Positions 1 to 8,125 of a stretch of 25,964 nt of DNA are shown here, one piece after another. The position numbers and the translations under genes are program-made. Position 1 is the stretch's first letter. The number at the start of each line of letters is the position of its first letter. The notes beneath the pieces are model-generated. The model was given only the letters and a program-made list of their open reading frames with translations. It was not told the DNA's origin and made no database searches. This DNA is from Candidatus Methylomirabilia bacterium (GTDB lineage Bacteria > Methylomirabilota > Methylomirabilia > Rokubacteriales > CSP1-6): the NCBI GenBank assembly GCA_041492755.1, contig JBGPXN010000060.1, positions 1-25,964 of the forward strand, written 5' to 3'.

Positions 1-447
1 GACCGCCCGCGCTTCGAAGCCAACCGCGCGCGCTTCCTCGCCGACCTCGATCGACGTCTCGAGCGCTGGCACCGGACCCTGGCGCCCCATCGCGGCGCCC
101 GCGTCGTGGTCGTGCACGACGCCTGGCCGTACTTCGCCCGGCGCTTCGGCCTCACCATCGCCGCGGCGGTCGAGGAAACGCCGGGTGTGCCGCCGTCGGC
201 GGCGTACCTCGGCCTGCTCATCGAGCGCATGCGGACAAGCGAAGTGAAGGCGCTGCTCGCCGAGCCGGGCGCGCCCGCCGCGCTGGTGCGGAAGATCGCG
301 GCGGCCACCGGCGCCCGCGTGGCGACACTGGCGCCGTCGGTGGGCGCCGATGCCGAGGCCACGGATTACCTCACGCTGTTCGACGTCAACGTCGCGCGGC
401 TCGCCCGCGCGCTGGATGGGCGCGTGAGCGCCCTTGAAGACCCGTGA
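1..447 (+). CDS. Metal (Zn/Mn) ABC transporter substrate-binding protein, ZnuA/TroA family, 5'-partial
   Basis: Frame 1 is open from base 1 (DRPRFEANRARFLADLDRRL...VVHDAWPYFARRFGL...EETPGVPPSAAYL...DYLTLFDVNV), typical of the cluster A-I SBP C-lobe. Stop overlaps the permease start (GTGA). Confidence 0.9.
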   Translation, partial: DRPRFEANRARFLADLDRRLERWHRTLAPHRGARVVVVHDAWPYFARRFGLTIAAAVEETPGVPPSAAYLGLLIERMRTSEVKALLAEPGAPAALVRKIAAATGARVATLAPSVGADAEATDYLTLFDVNVARLARALDGRVSALEDP

Positions 448-1745
448 GCCTCGGCTTCGAGCTGCTGTGGCTGCCGTTTCTCGCGTGCCTCGTGCTCGCC
501 GGCATCCACGTCTACCTCGGACTGCACGTGCTCGCCCGGGGCGTCATCTTCGTCGACCTCGCCCTCGCGCAGGTCGCCGCGCTCGGCATGACGGCCGCGC
601 TCCTCGCCGGCCATGGGCCGCAGAGCGACGCGGCGTACGCGTGGGCGCTGGTGTTCACCGCCGCCGGTGCCGCGCTCCTCGCGCTGAGCGGCGAGCGGTC
701 GGGCGCGGCGCCGCGGGTGCCCCACGAGGCGATCATCGGCATCGTGTACGCCGTGGCCGCCGCCTTCACCGTGCTGGTGCTCGACCGCGTGCCCCAGGGC
801 GGCGAGCACATCAAGCAGCTGCTGGTCGGCAGCATCCTGGCCGTCACCGCCGACGACGTCGCCCGCCTGGCCGCGCTCTACGCGGCGCTCGGCGTCGTGC
901 ACTGGCTCGGGCGGCGGCCGTTGCTCGCGCTCTCGTTCGGTGGCCGGGTCCCGCATGCGCGCCTGTGGGACTTCGTCTTCTATCTCAGCTTCGGCTGGGT
1001 GGTGACGAGTTCCGTCCGCATCGCGGGGGTCCTGCTCGTCTTCGCCTACCTCATCGTGCCGGCCGTCGTCGGCGCCTGGCTGGCCCCCGGTGTGATGTCC
1101 CGGCTCCTGATCGGTTGGGCCATGGGTTTCGCCGTGAGTGTTCTGGCGCTCACCGCGTCGTGGGCCTGGGATCTCCCCACCGGCGCGACCATCGTCGCCA
1201 CCTTCGGCGTGGCGCTCGGCCTCGTGGCCGCCGTTCGCGGCGCTACCGGCTTCGCCGGACGGCTGCGCACCGACGGCGCCCGCGCGATCGGCTCCGCGGG
1301 CATGGCGGCAGGGGTGTTGACCGTGCTCGCCGGCCTGTCGCTGGTCGTGTTTCCCCGTGCCGACCACGTCTGGCTCGATGCCATCGAGCGCCTCGTCCCG
1401 GCCGTGCAGACGCGCTTCTTGACCGCGCACGAACGCGCCGTGTGGGCGGACAGCCGGCGCGCCGTCGTGCGGGGAAGCGCGCAGGTGGCCCAGCTTCGCG
1501 CGCTGCAGTCCGACGTGCAGTGGGGGCGGCGCGACCTGGCCGAGGAGGAACGGGAGAGGCTCCGTCAGTTCGTGACCGGGCGCGACGAGATCGTGGCCGG
1601 TGACCGGCTGGTCCTCAAGACGTTGCGCGCGCACGCCCGCGCCCGCCAGCGCTTCGCGCTCGGGCTTCCCCTGGCCGGCATCGGCCTGGCGCTCGTCGTC
1701 GCCGGCCTGCGCCAGCGGCGTCGGACCTCACGGAGTCCGCAATGA
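444..1745 (+). CDS. Metal ABC transporter permease (ABC-3/ZnuB-like) with C-terminal extension
   Basis: Motifs GIHVYLGLHVLARGVIFVDLALAQVAALG, EAIIGIVY, LLVGSIL, SSVRIAGVLLVFAYLIVPA, DLPTGA. Multiple TM helices; coupled to the SBP gene. Confidence 0.9.
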   Translation: MSLGFELLWLPFLACLVLAGIHVYLGLHVLARGVIFVDLALAQVAALGMTAALLAGHGPQSDAAYAWALVFTAAGAALLALSGERSGAAPRVPHEAIIGIVYAVAAAFTVLVLDRVPQGGEHIKQLLVGSILAVTADDVARLAALYAALGVVHWLGRRPLLALSFGGRVPHARLWDFVFYLSFGWVVTSSVRIAGVLLVFAYLIVPAVVGAWLAPGVMSRLLIGWAMGFAVSVLALTASWAWDLPTGATIVATFGVALGLVAAVRGATGFAGRLRTDGARAIGSAGMAAGVLTVLAGLSLVVFPRADHVWLDAIERLVPAVQTRFLTAHERAVWADSRRAVVRGSAQVAQLRALQSDVQWGRRDLAEEERERLRQFVTGRDEIVAGDRLVLKTLRAHARARQRFALGLPLAGIGLALVVAGLRQRRRTSRSPQ

Positions 1746-2392
1746 GGATCGACGGCATCATCTTCGACCTCGACGGCACGCTCGCCGACACGTTTCCGGT
1801 GATCTTCAGGGCGTTCCGCGAGGCCACCGTGGAATTTCTCGGGCGCGAGCTGAGCGAGGACGAGATCGTCGCCACCTTCGGCCCCTCCGAGGTCGGCATC
1901 ATCCAGCGATTGGTGCCCGACCGCTGGGAGGCGTGCCTGGCGGCGTATCTCGCCGCCTACCATCGCGCGCACGCGCTGTGCCCGACGCCGTTTTCGGGGA
2001 TCGACGCGGCGCTGTCGCTGCTGCGCCGGCGGGGGGTCGGCGTCGCCGTCGTCACCGGCAAGGGCCCGGACAGCGCAGCGCTCTCGCTCCGGTACCTCGG
2101 GCTCCTCGATCGCCTCGACGTCGTCGAAGCCGGCGCGCCCGAGGGGGGTATCAAGCCGCGCTCCATCGCGCGCGTGCTCGATCGGTGGCGCGCCGCGCCC
2201 GCCCACGTCGCCTACGTGGGCGACGCGGTCAGCGACGTGCACGCGGCGCGCGAGGCCGGCGTCCTGGCCCTCGCCGCGGGGTGGGCGCCGAGCGCCGACG
2301 CCGCCGCCCTCGCCGCCGCCGGACCGCACGCGACCTTTCGCGCCGTCGACGAATTCATCGACTGGATCGAGCGCAGCGTCGACGCACGATGA
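1742..2392 (+). CDS. HAD-superfamily hydrolase (phosphoglycolate phosphatase-like)
   Basis: Motif I FDLDGTLADT, motif II VVTGK, motif III KP, motif IV YVGDAVSD. ATGA overlap with the upstream gene. Confidence 0.9.
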   Translation: MRIDGIIFDLDGTLADTFPVIFRAFREATVEFLGRELSEDEIVATFGPSEVGIIQRLVPDRWEACLAAYLAAYHRAHALCPTPFSGIDAALSLLRRRGVGVAVVTGKGPDSAALSLRYLGLLDRLDVVEAGAPEGGIKPRSIARVLDRWRAAPAHVAYVGDAVSDVHAAREAGVLALAAGWAPSADAAALAAAGPHATFRAVDEFIDWIERSVDAR

Positions 2393-3666
2393 CCGGTCCC
2401 GAAGATGACGCTCCGATGGCTGGCGTGGAGCGCGTGCACGTCACCTGCTGCGTCGGCGGCGGCGGTCCCGCCGGAATGATGCTCGGTCTGCTCCTGGCCC
2501 GCGCCGGCGTCGACGTGCTCGTCCTCGAGAAGCACGCGGACTTCCTGCGCGACTTCCGCGGCGACACCATTCACCCCTCCACGCTCGAAGTCCTGCACGA
2601 GCTGGGCGTGCTGGACCGCTTCCTGCGTCTGCCGCACCAGGAAGTCCCCGAGCTCCGCGCGCAGTTTGGCGACGAGGTCATCGCCATCGCCGACTTCCGC
2701 CATCTCCCGACCCGATGCGGGTTCGTCGCCTTCATCCCGCAATGGGACTTTCTCGATTTCCTCCGGGCCGAGGGCGAGCGCTTTCCGTCCTTTCGTCTGC
2801 GGATGCGGGCCGAAGTCGTCGACCTCATCGAAGACACCGGCCGCGTGGTCGGCCTCCGCGCGACGACGCCGGAGGGGCCGGTGGAAGTTCGGGCGGATCT
2901 GGTCGTCGCCGCCGACGGCCGGTCCTCGATCGTGCGCGAGAAGGCCGGCCTCCCGATCGAGGAGCTCGGCGCGCCGATGGACGTGCTCTGGTTCCGCCTG
3001 TCGCGACGGTCGAGCGACCCCGCGGGCGCGCGGGGCCGCTTCGACGTGGGGCGGATCTTCCTCATGCTCGACCGGGGCGAGCACTGGCAGTACGGTTACG
3101 TGATTCCCAAGGGCGCGCTCGAGCAGATTCGGGGGCGCGGGCTGGACGCCTTCCGCCGAGAAGTCGCGACGCTGGCCCCGTTCGCCGCCGAACGCGTAAG
3201 CGAGATCGGAAGCTGGGACGAGGTGAAGCTGCTGGCCGTGCGGGTGGATCGGGCGCCGCGCTGGTATCGCCCGGGCCTGCTCTGTATCGGCGATGCCGCG
3301 CACGCCATGTCGCCGGTGGGTGGCGTCGGCATCAACCTCGCCATTCAAGACGCGGTGGCCGCGGCGAACCTGCTCGCGGGGCGGCTGCGTGACGGCCAGC
3401 TCACCATCGACGATCTCCGCCGCGTTCAGCGGCGCCGTGAGCTTCCCACCCGCGTCACCCAGCGCATGCAAGTGGTGGTGCAGAACGCGATCGTCTCGCG
3501 CGCGCTGCACAGCTCCGCCCCGCTACGCCCGCCACTCGCGGTGCGGCTCATCGCCCGCGTTCCCGCGCTGCGCCGCCTCACGGGCCGATTGATCGGCCTC
3601 GGGATTCGACCCGAGCACGTGCGAACACCGGTGTCGGCAGCGCCCGCCGATCGCGCCGCGGGCTAG
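2389..3666 (+). CDS. FAD-dependent oxidoreductase/monooxygenase (UbiH/PHBH-like family)
   Basis: GGGPAG Rossmann motif, EKHADFLRDFRGDTIHP, AADGRSS, IGDAAHAMSPVGGVGINLAIQDA. True start is ATG 2389 (ATGA overlap with the HAD stop) or ATG 2416, not 1600 as in the ORF track. Confidence 0.9.
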   Translation: MTGPEDDAPMAGVERVHVTCCVGGGGPAGMMLGLLLARAGVDVLVLEKHADFLRDFRGDTIHPSTLEVLHELGVLDRFLRLPHQEVPELRAQFGDEVIAIADFRHLPTRCGFVAFIPQWDFLDFLRAEGERFPSFRLRMRAEVVDLIEDTGRVVGLRATTPEGPVEVRADLVVAADGRSSIVREKAGLPIEELGAPMDVLWFRLSRRSSDPAGARGRFDVGRIFLMLDRGEHWQYGYVIPKGALEQIRGRGLDAFRREVATLAPFAAERVSEIGSWDEVKLLAVRVDRAPRWYRPGLLCIGDAAHAMSPVGGVGINLAIQDAVAAANLLAGRLRDGQLTIDDLRRVQRRRELPTRVTQRMQVVVQNAIVSRALHSSAPLRPPLAVRLIARVPALRRLTGRLIGLGIRPEHVRTPVSAAPADRAAG

Positions 3667-3671
3667 CCTCA

Positions 3672-3868
3672 ACTATTCATGGGCGACGAGCGGGAAGCCG
3701 GGCGGGTGGCGCAGGGTCGAGCCCCATGGGGCCGGCGGAGTGGGCCCCCCTCGTCCCGTCCGCGGCCCGCAGGGCCGCGATCGGGCGAGCGGGTGCGGAG
3801 CGGGCCCCATGGGGCTCGACCCTGCGACAGGCCCCGCCCGCCTCACGTTCCGGGCGCTCGTGAATAGT
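3672..3868. repeat. Nested inverted-repeat element (REP/REPIN/MITE-like)
   Basis: Outer arms ACTATTCATGGGCG / CGCTCGTGAATAGT. Perfect inner arms CGCAGGGTCGAGCCCCATGGGGCC / GGCCCCATGGGGCTCGACCCTGCG. Central hairpin CGCGGCCC-GCA-GGGCCGCG. Lies between convergent genes. Confidence 0.75.
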
Positions 3869-3928
3869 CCACGCGAGCGCGATCATCGAGGAGTGTCCAG
3901 GGACCCGTGGCGCCCGTATTTCGGGGGT

Positions 3929-6139
3929 TCAGCAGCGTGCTACGTCGACGAAGCAGGTGTTATAAGCGGCCGCCGCCGCGGGCGAGGCGCGATCGGCAAT
4001 CAGGACGTTGGCGCAACCTTTCGTGTCGACGCCCTCGGCGTTGGGCGTGAACCACGCGCCCTCCTTGATCGAGACCACGCCGGGCGCCATGCGATCGGTC
4101 ACGCGCGCGGGCAGCATGGTGGCGCCGCGGTCGTTGAACACCCGCACGGGCTGGCCATCGACGATCCCCCGCGCGGCGGCGTCGGTGGGATGGATCCAGA
4201 CGTCGTCGCGGTCGGCGCGGGACAGGATCGGCTGGTTGTGGTGGATCGAGTGCGTGCGCGCGCGCGACTTCGGCGTGACGAGGCGGAGCGGATGGCGCGC
4301 GTCGATCTCGTCGGGGATCCAGGTCGGGATCGGCGGAATCGGCCCGAGCCCGTAGGGATCGGGCGTGGCCGCGAGGCTCATCGAGTAGATCTCGATCTTC
4401 CCCGACGGCGTCGTGAACGGGTGATGCTCGGGATCGCGGATCTGCCGCGCGAACGCGACCGCGTCGTCGGGCGCCGGCAAGCGGGCGACCCCCTTCTCGC
4501 GGAACGTGTCGAAGTCGTCGATCGTGTCGCGCGTCAGCTCGCGCAGCCACTCCTCTTCGGTGCGGTCGTTGAAGCCCTCGAGGCCGAGTCGGCGGGCCAG
4601 GTCGGTGCAGATGTCGAGGTCGTTGCGGCACTCCCCGACCGGGTCGATCGCCCGCCCCATGAAGATCGCGTAATGCCCCGCGCCCGCCCACGGCGTGTGG
4701 ACGTCGTTGCGCTCCCAGAACGTCGTGGCCGGGAGCACGACGTCGGCATACCGCGCGGTCGGCGTGATGAAGTGGTCGTGCACCACCATGAACTCGAGCG
4801 ACTGCGCGGCCGCGATGGTCTTGTTGACGTTGGGCGTCTGGTTGAACAGATCGCCGGCGACGCAGTAGATCATGCGGATGTCGGCCGGGTAGCCGCCGGC
4901 CGTGCCGCGCGCCAGGACGTCGGCGAGCAGCGACGACGCCACCCGCGCGCCCGTCGGGTTGGTCCCGGTCGGCAGCGTGCGGATCGCGCAGCGGCCGGTG
5001 GCCCCGTTGCTGGTCCCCGAGTTGCCGCCGGGGATCCCGACGTTCCCGGTCATGGCGGCCAGCGCATACGCCGCGCGGTGGAACTGCTCGCCGTGGATCG
5101 TGCGCCCCGGCGCGTAGCCGCAGTGCAGCGCGGCCGGCTTGCTGGTGGCGAACTCGATGGCGAGCCGGCGAACGACGGCGGCCGGGATCCCGGTGATCTC
5201 CGCGGCCCACTCCGGCGTCTTCTTCACGCCGTCGGCGAGGCCCAGGAGATACGCGCGGTACGACGCGCCCGCCGGCGCGCCGGGGGGCAGATGCGCGTCG
5301 TCGAAGCCGAGCACGTACCGATCCAGGTAGGCCTGGTCCTGCAGCCCCTCGCTCGCGATCACGTACGCCATGGCGATGAGCGCCGCCGCGTCGGTCGAGG
5401 GCCGGATGAACACGTGCTCGTCGGCGAGCTGCCGGCTCGTCCGCGTCACCCGGGGGTCGACGCAGACCATGCGAACGCCGTGCTTCTTGGCGCGCTTGAG
5501 GTACTCGAGGGTGCCCGTGCCGAACGTGTTGTCGCCGGGACTCCAGCCCCACATGACGAGGAGCCGTGAATTGACGTAGTCGATCGGCTCGCGCCCCGCG
5601 CTCTTGTACTCGGCTTTCGCGCCGTACGTCTGGTGCACCGCGAACACTTCGGCTTCGGCCGACAGGTTCGACCAGAGCTCCGTGCAACCGCCGAACATGT
5701 GGAGCAACCGCTGGGCGATCCACCGCCCGCCGTGCAGCGCCGACAGGCTGCCCGTGCGCGAGCAGTCGAGGATGGCCGCCGGTCCATAGGTGTCCCGTAC
5801 GCGCCGCATCTGGCGCGCGACCTCATCGAGCGCCTCGTCCCACGAGATCGGCTCGAACTGCCCGGATCCGCGCGGTCCCGTCCGGCGCAGCGGGTGGGTC
5901 AGCCGGTCCGGGTGATGGACACGCTCGGCCTGGCCAAAGCCGCGCACGCACGCGTGCAGCGGCGGCATCTCGGGCGTCCAGCGGCGGGGATCGGTGCTGA
6001 TCTTCACGATCTGCCCGTCCCGCACGTGCGCGTTGACGACACACCGCCCACCGCAGTTGTGGCCACACGTGCTGGTGACGACCGTCTCGCCCGGAGCGGC
6101 GGCGACTCGCGGCGCCTCGTACAGGGTTTTGGTGGTCAT
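3929..6139 (-). CDS. Molybdopterin (bis-MGD) oxidoreductase, DMSO reductase family, DmsA-like, no Tat signal
   Basis: N-terminal Fe-S motif TCGHNCGGRC...ACVRG, HPDRLTHPLRR, ISWDEAL, WSNLSAEA (Ser at the DmsA Mo-ligand position), TARYADVVLPATTFWER, TPSGKIEI, RARTHS. Confidence 0.9.
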   Translation of the reverse strand: MTTKTLYEAPRVAAAPGETVVTSTCGHNCGGRCVVNAHVRDGQIVKISTDPRRWTPEMPPLHACVRGFGQAERVHHPDRLTHPLRRTGPRGSGQFEPISWDEALDEVARQMRRVRDTYGPAAILDCSRTGSLSALHGGRWIAQRLLHMFGGCTELWSNLSAEAEVFAVHQTYGAKAEYKSAGREPIDYVNSRLLVMWGWSPGDNTFGTGTLEYLKRAKKHGVRMVCVDPRVTRTSRQLADEHVFIRPSTDAAALIAMAYVIASEGLQDQAYLDRYVLGFDDAHLPPGAPAGASYRAYLLGLADGVKKTPEWAAEITGIPAAVVRRLAIEFATSKPAALHCGYAPGRTIHGEQFHRAAYALAAMTGNVGIPGGNSGTSNGATGRCAIRTLPTGTNPTGARVASSLLADVLARGTAGGYPADIRMIYCVAGDLFNQTPNVNKTIAAAQSLEFMVVHDHFITPTARYADVVLPATTFWERNDVHTPWAGAGHYAIFMGRAIDPVGECRNDLDICTDLARRLGLEGFNDRTEEEWLRELTRDTIDDFDTFREKGVARLPAPDDAVAFARQIRDPEHHPFTTPSGKIEIYSMSLAATPDPYGLGPIPPIPTWIPDEIDARHPLRLVTPKSRARTHSIHHNQPILSRADRDDVWIHPTDAAARGIVDGQPVRVFNDRGATMLPARVTDRMAPGVVSIKEGAWFTPNAEGVDTKGCANVLIADRASPAAAAAYNTCFVDVARC

Positions 6140-6148
6140 GGTGCGGTC

Positions 6149-6157
6149 AGGATAGCA
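6149..6157 (-). promoter_or_regulatory. Putative extended -10 promoter (TGcTATCCT), near-leaderless transcript
   Basis: Minus strand reads TGCTATCCT-gaccgcacc-ATG(6139). No Shine-Dalgarno sequence is present. Confidence 0.4.
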
Positions 6158-6238
6158 CTGCCGCCGGGCGCGCCGGCGTGGGCGTCACGGCGATTCCCGG
6201 GTGGACGCGCGGCGTCGACCCGGGGATCATCGGCGACC

Positions 6239-6406
6239 GTGGGCTACAACCTCAACAAGTTCAAGAATTGGCGCGGCTACGGCATCCTCGATCTCTCCTT
6301 CCACGGCCGCCCCGGCGAGCTCGTGCTGGATTCGGGCGACGTGGAGATCGAAAAGCTGGCCCAGTACATGCGCGATGGCTTCGCCGACTGGCTCGTGCAC
6401 TTCGGC
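6239..6406 (+). pseudogene. Internal gene fragment resembling the DUF6642 family (caspase/CHAT-like fold)
   Basis: Protein-like stretch VGYNLNKFKNWRGYGILDLSFHGRPGELVLDSGDVEIEKLAQYMRDGFADWLVHFG with GC3-biased codons. It has no own stop and runs antisense into phnW. The LxFHG...HFG pattern is recalled from DUF6642. Confidence 0.5.
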
Positions 6407-6424
6407 GGCGCGCCGCGAGCGCGA

Positions 6425-7540
6425 TCAGGCCTGGCCGCCGGCGGCGACGCCGAGCTCGGCGAGACTCTCGGCGAACGCGATGACCACCCCTTTCATGTCG
6501 GCGGGGCTCAGGGTCCCCATGTTCGAGACGCGGAACGCGTAGGTCCGGATCTCGCCCTGCCCCGCGTAGATGACGTAGCCGCGACGCTTCATGGCGTCGT
6601 GGAGCGGATCGTAGGCCAACCCCGGCAGCAGGCGGAACGTCGTGAGGATGTTCGAGCGTCCGCCTTCGGGAACGAGGATCTCGAAGCCGAGATCACGCAT
6701 ACCGGCACGGAGCACGCGGCAGTTCTCGGCGTAGCGCGCGATCCGCGCGCCGAGACCTTCCCGCTCGAGCTCGAGCAGCGCCTGCTCCATCGCGTGGATG
6801 ACCTGGACCGCCGGCGTGAACGGCGTGTTGTCCGCCTCCTGCTGCGTCCAGTGGTTGTAGAGGTCGAGATAGACGCTCCGCGGCGACCGTCCGCTCAGCA
6901 TCTCCACCGCGGAGCGGCGCGCCAGCACGAACGAGACGCCCGGGATCCCCTGCAAACACTTGTTGGCGCTGGCCGCCACGAAGTCGATCGGCTCCTGGCC
7001 GACGTCCAGCCGCTCGCCGAAGAGGCTGCTCATGGCGTCCACGATGACGCGCCGGCCATGGCGGGCCGCCACCCGCGCGACGTCCGCCACCGGGTTGAGG
7101 AGTCCGGTCGTCGTCTCGTGGTGAATGAGCGCGACGTGCGTGAGCCCGGGGTGGGCCCGCAAGGCCTGGTCGACGGCGGACGGACTCACCGGAGTGAAGA
7201 CGTCCGACGCGACCGCTTCGGCGGCGATGCCGTGAGCCCGCGCGATGCGGAGCATGCGATCGCCATACACACCGTTGTTGACGACGAGCATTCCACCACC
7301 CGGTGGAACCGCCGAGCAAATGGCCGCCTCCACCGCCGCCGTTCCGGAGCCGGTGAAGAGCACGGCCGTCCAGTCGTCGCCGGCGCCGGATAACCGTGTC
7401 AGCCGCTGCCGGCAACTCCGGACCATCTCGAAGCACTCCGGCTCCCGATGACACAGGTCCGGCATCACCAGCGCCTGTCGTACCGTCTTCGTCGTGTTCG
7501 CCGGCCCCGGGTTCAGCAGCACCCATTCTCTGTCAACCAT
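6425..7540 (-). CDS. phnW: 2-aminoethylphosphonate--pyruvate transaminase-like class V PLP aminotransferase
   Basis: LLNPGP, GSGTAAVEA, NNGVYGDRM, HHETTTGLLNP, VDAMSS, SANKCLQGIPG (PLP Lys), FTPAVQ, YVIYAGQG, FRVSNMG. GGAGG RBS upstream. Confidence 0.8.
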   Translation of the reverse strand: MVDREWVLLNPGPANTTKTVRQALVMPDLCHREPECFEMVRSCRQRLTRLSGAGDDWTAVLFTGSGTAAVEAAICSAVPPGGGMLVVNNGVYGDRMLRIARAHGIAAEAVASDVFTPVSPSAVDQALRAHPGLTHVALIHHETTTGLLNPVADVARVAARHGRRVIVDAMSSLFGERLDVGQEPIDFVAASANKCLQGIPGVSFVLARRSAVEMLSGRSPRSVYLDLYNHWTQQEADNTPFTPAVQVIHAMEQALLELEREGLGARIARYAENCRVLRAGMRDLGFEILVPEGGRSNILTTFRLLPGLAYDPLHDAMKRRGYVIYAGQGEIRTYAFRVSNMGTLSPADMKGVVIAFAESLAELGVAAGGQA

Positions 7541-7573
7541 CGGCGAAAGCCCTCCGCGCGTACGGATGATCGC

Positions 7574-8125
7574 TCACAGATGATAAAGGAGGACGTAGAT
7601 CACCACGCCCGTGATCGAGACGTAGAGCCAGATCGGAAGCGTCCACCGCGCGATCCGCACGTGGCGGCCGAGCTGCCCCGTGAGGCCGCGATAGATCGTC
7701 GTGAGCGCGAGCGGCACGATGACGGCGGCGAGAATGATGTGCGATACGAGCAACACGAAGTACACGGGACGGATTAAGCCCGGTCCGGTGAACGCGCGTG
7801 AGCCCGCGAAGTAGTGGTAGATCACGTATGACAGCAGGAAGACCAGCGACACGCCGAACGCGCCCAGCATGCAGGCCTGGTGCGCCCGGATCCGGCGGCG
7901 CATGATGCAGAGCCATCCCACCGTCAGGAGCACCGCGCTCGTGCCGTTGAGCAGCGCGTTGAGGGCGGGCAGCGCCGAGACGTCGACGCCACCGTCAGGG
8001 CGTGGTCCCCGCCCGAGCAGCAACACGGCCAGGAGCGCCAACGCGAGGACCGACGTGACGCCGATGGCGGCCAGGGCGACCCGGTCATAGGGAGGACGCT
8101 CGGTCCGGGCCGGCGCCACGCTCAT
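7574..8125 (-). CDS. DUF420 membrane protein
   Basis: LPALNALLNGTSAVLL, HQACM, FLLSYVIYH, YFVLLVSHIILA, HVRIARWTLPIWLYVSITGVVIY. Start ATG 8125 overlaps the upstream stop (ATGA). Confidence 0.88.
   Translation of the reverse strand: MSVAPARTERPPYDRVALAAIGVTSVLALALLAVLLLGRGPRPDGGVDVSALPALNALLNGTSAVLLTVGWLCIMRRRIRAHQACMLGAFGVSLVFLLSYVIYHYFAGSRAFTGPGLIRPVYFVLLVSHIILAAVIVPLALTTIYRGLTGQLGRHVRIARWTLPIWLYVSITGVVIYVLLYHL

Noticed and set aside
1600..2388. 688-aa ORF implying an N-terminal extension of the FAD enzyme
   Set aside because: The extension is an Arg-rich alternate frame over the permease and HAD genes; the real start is at 2389 or 2416.
3929..3934. Molybdoenzyme ends Cys-UGA (possible C-terminal CU motif)
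   Set aside because: The domain is complete at this point, there is no convincing SECIS, and the downstream sequence runs into the palindromic element.
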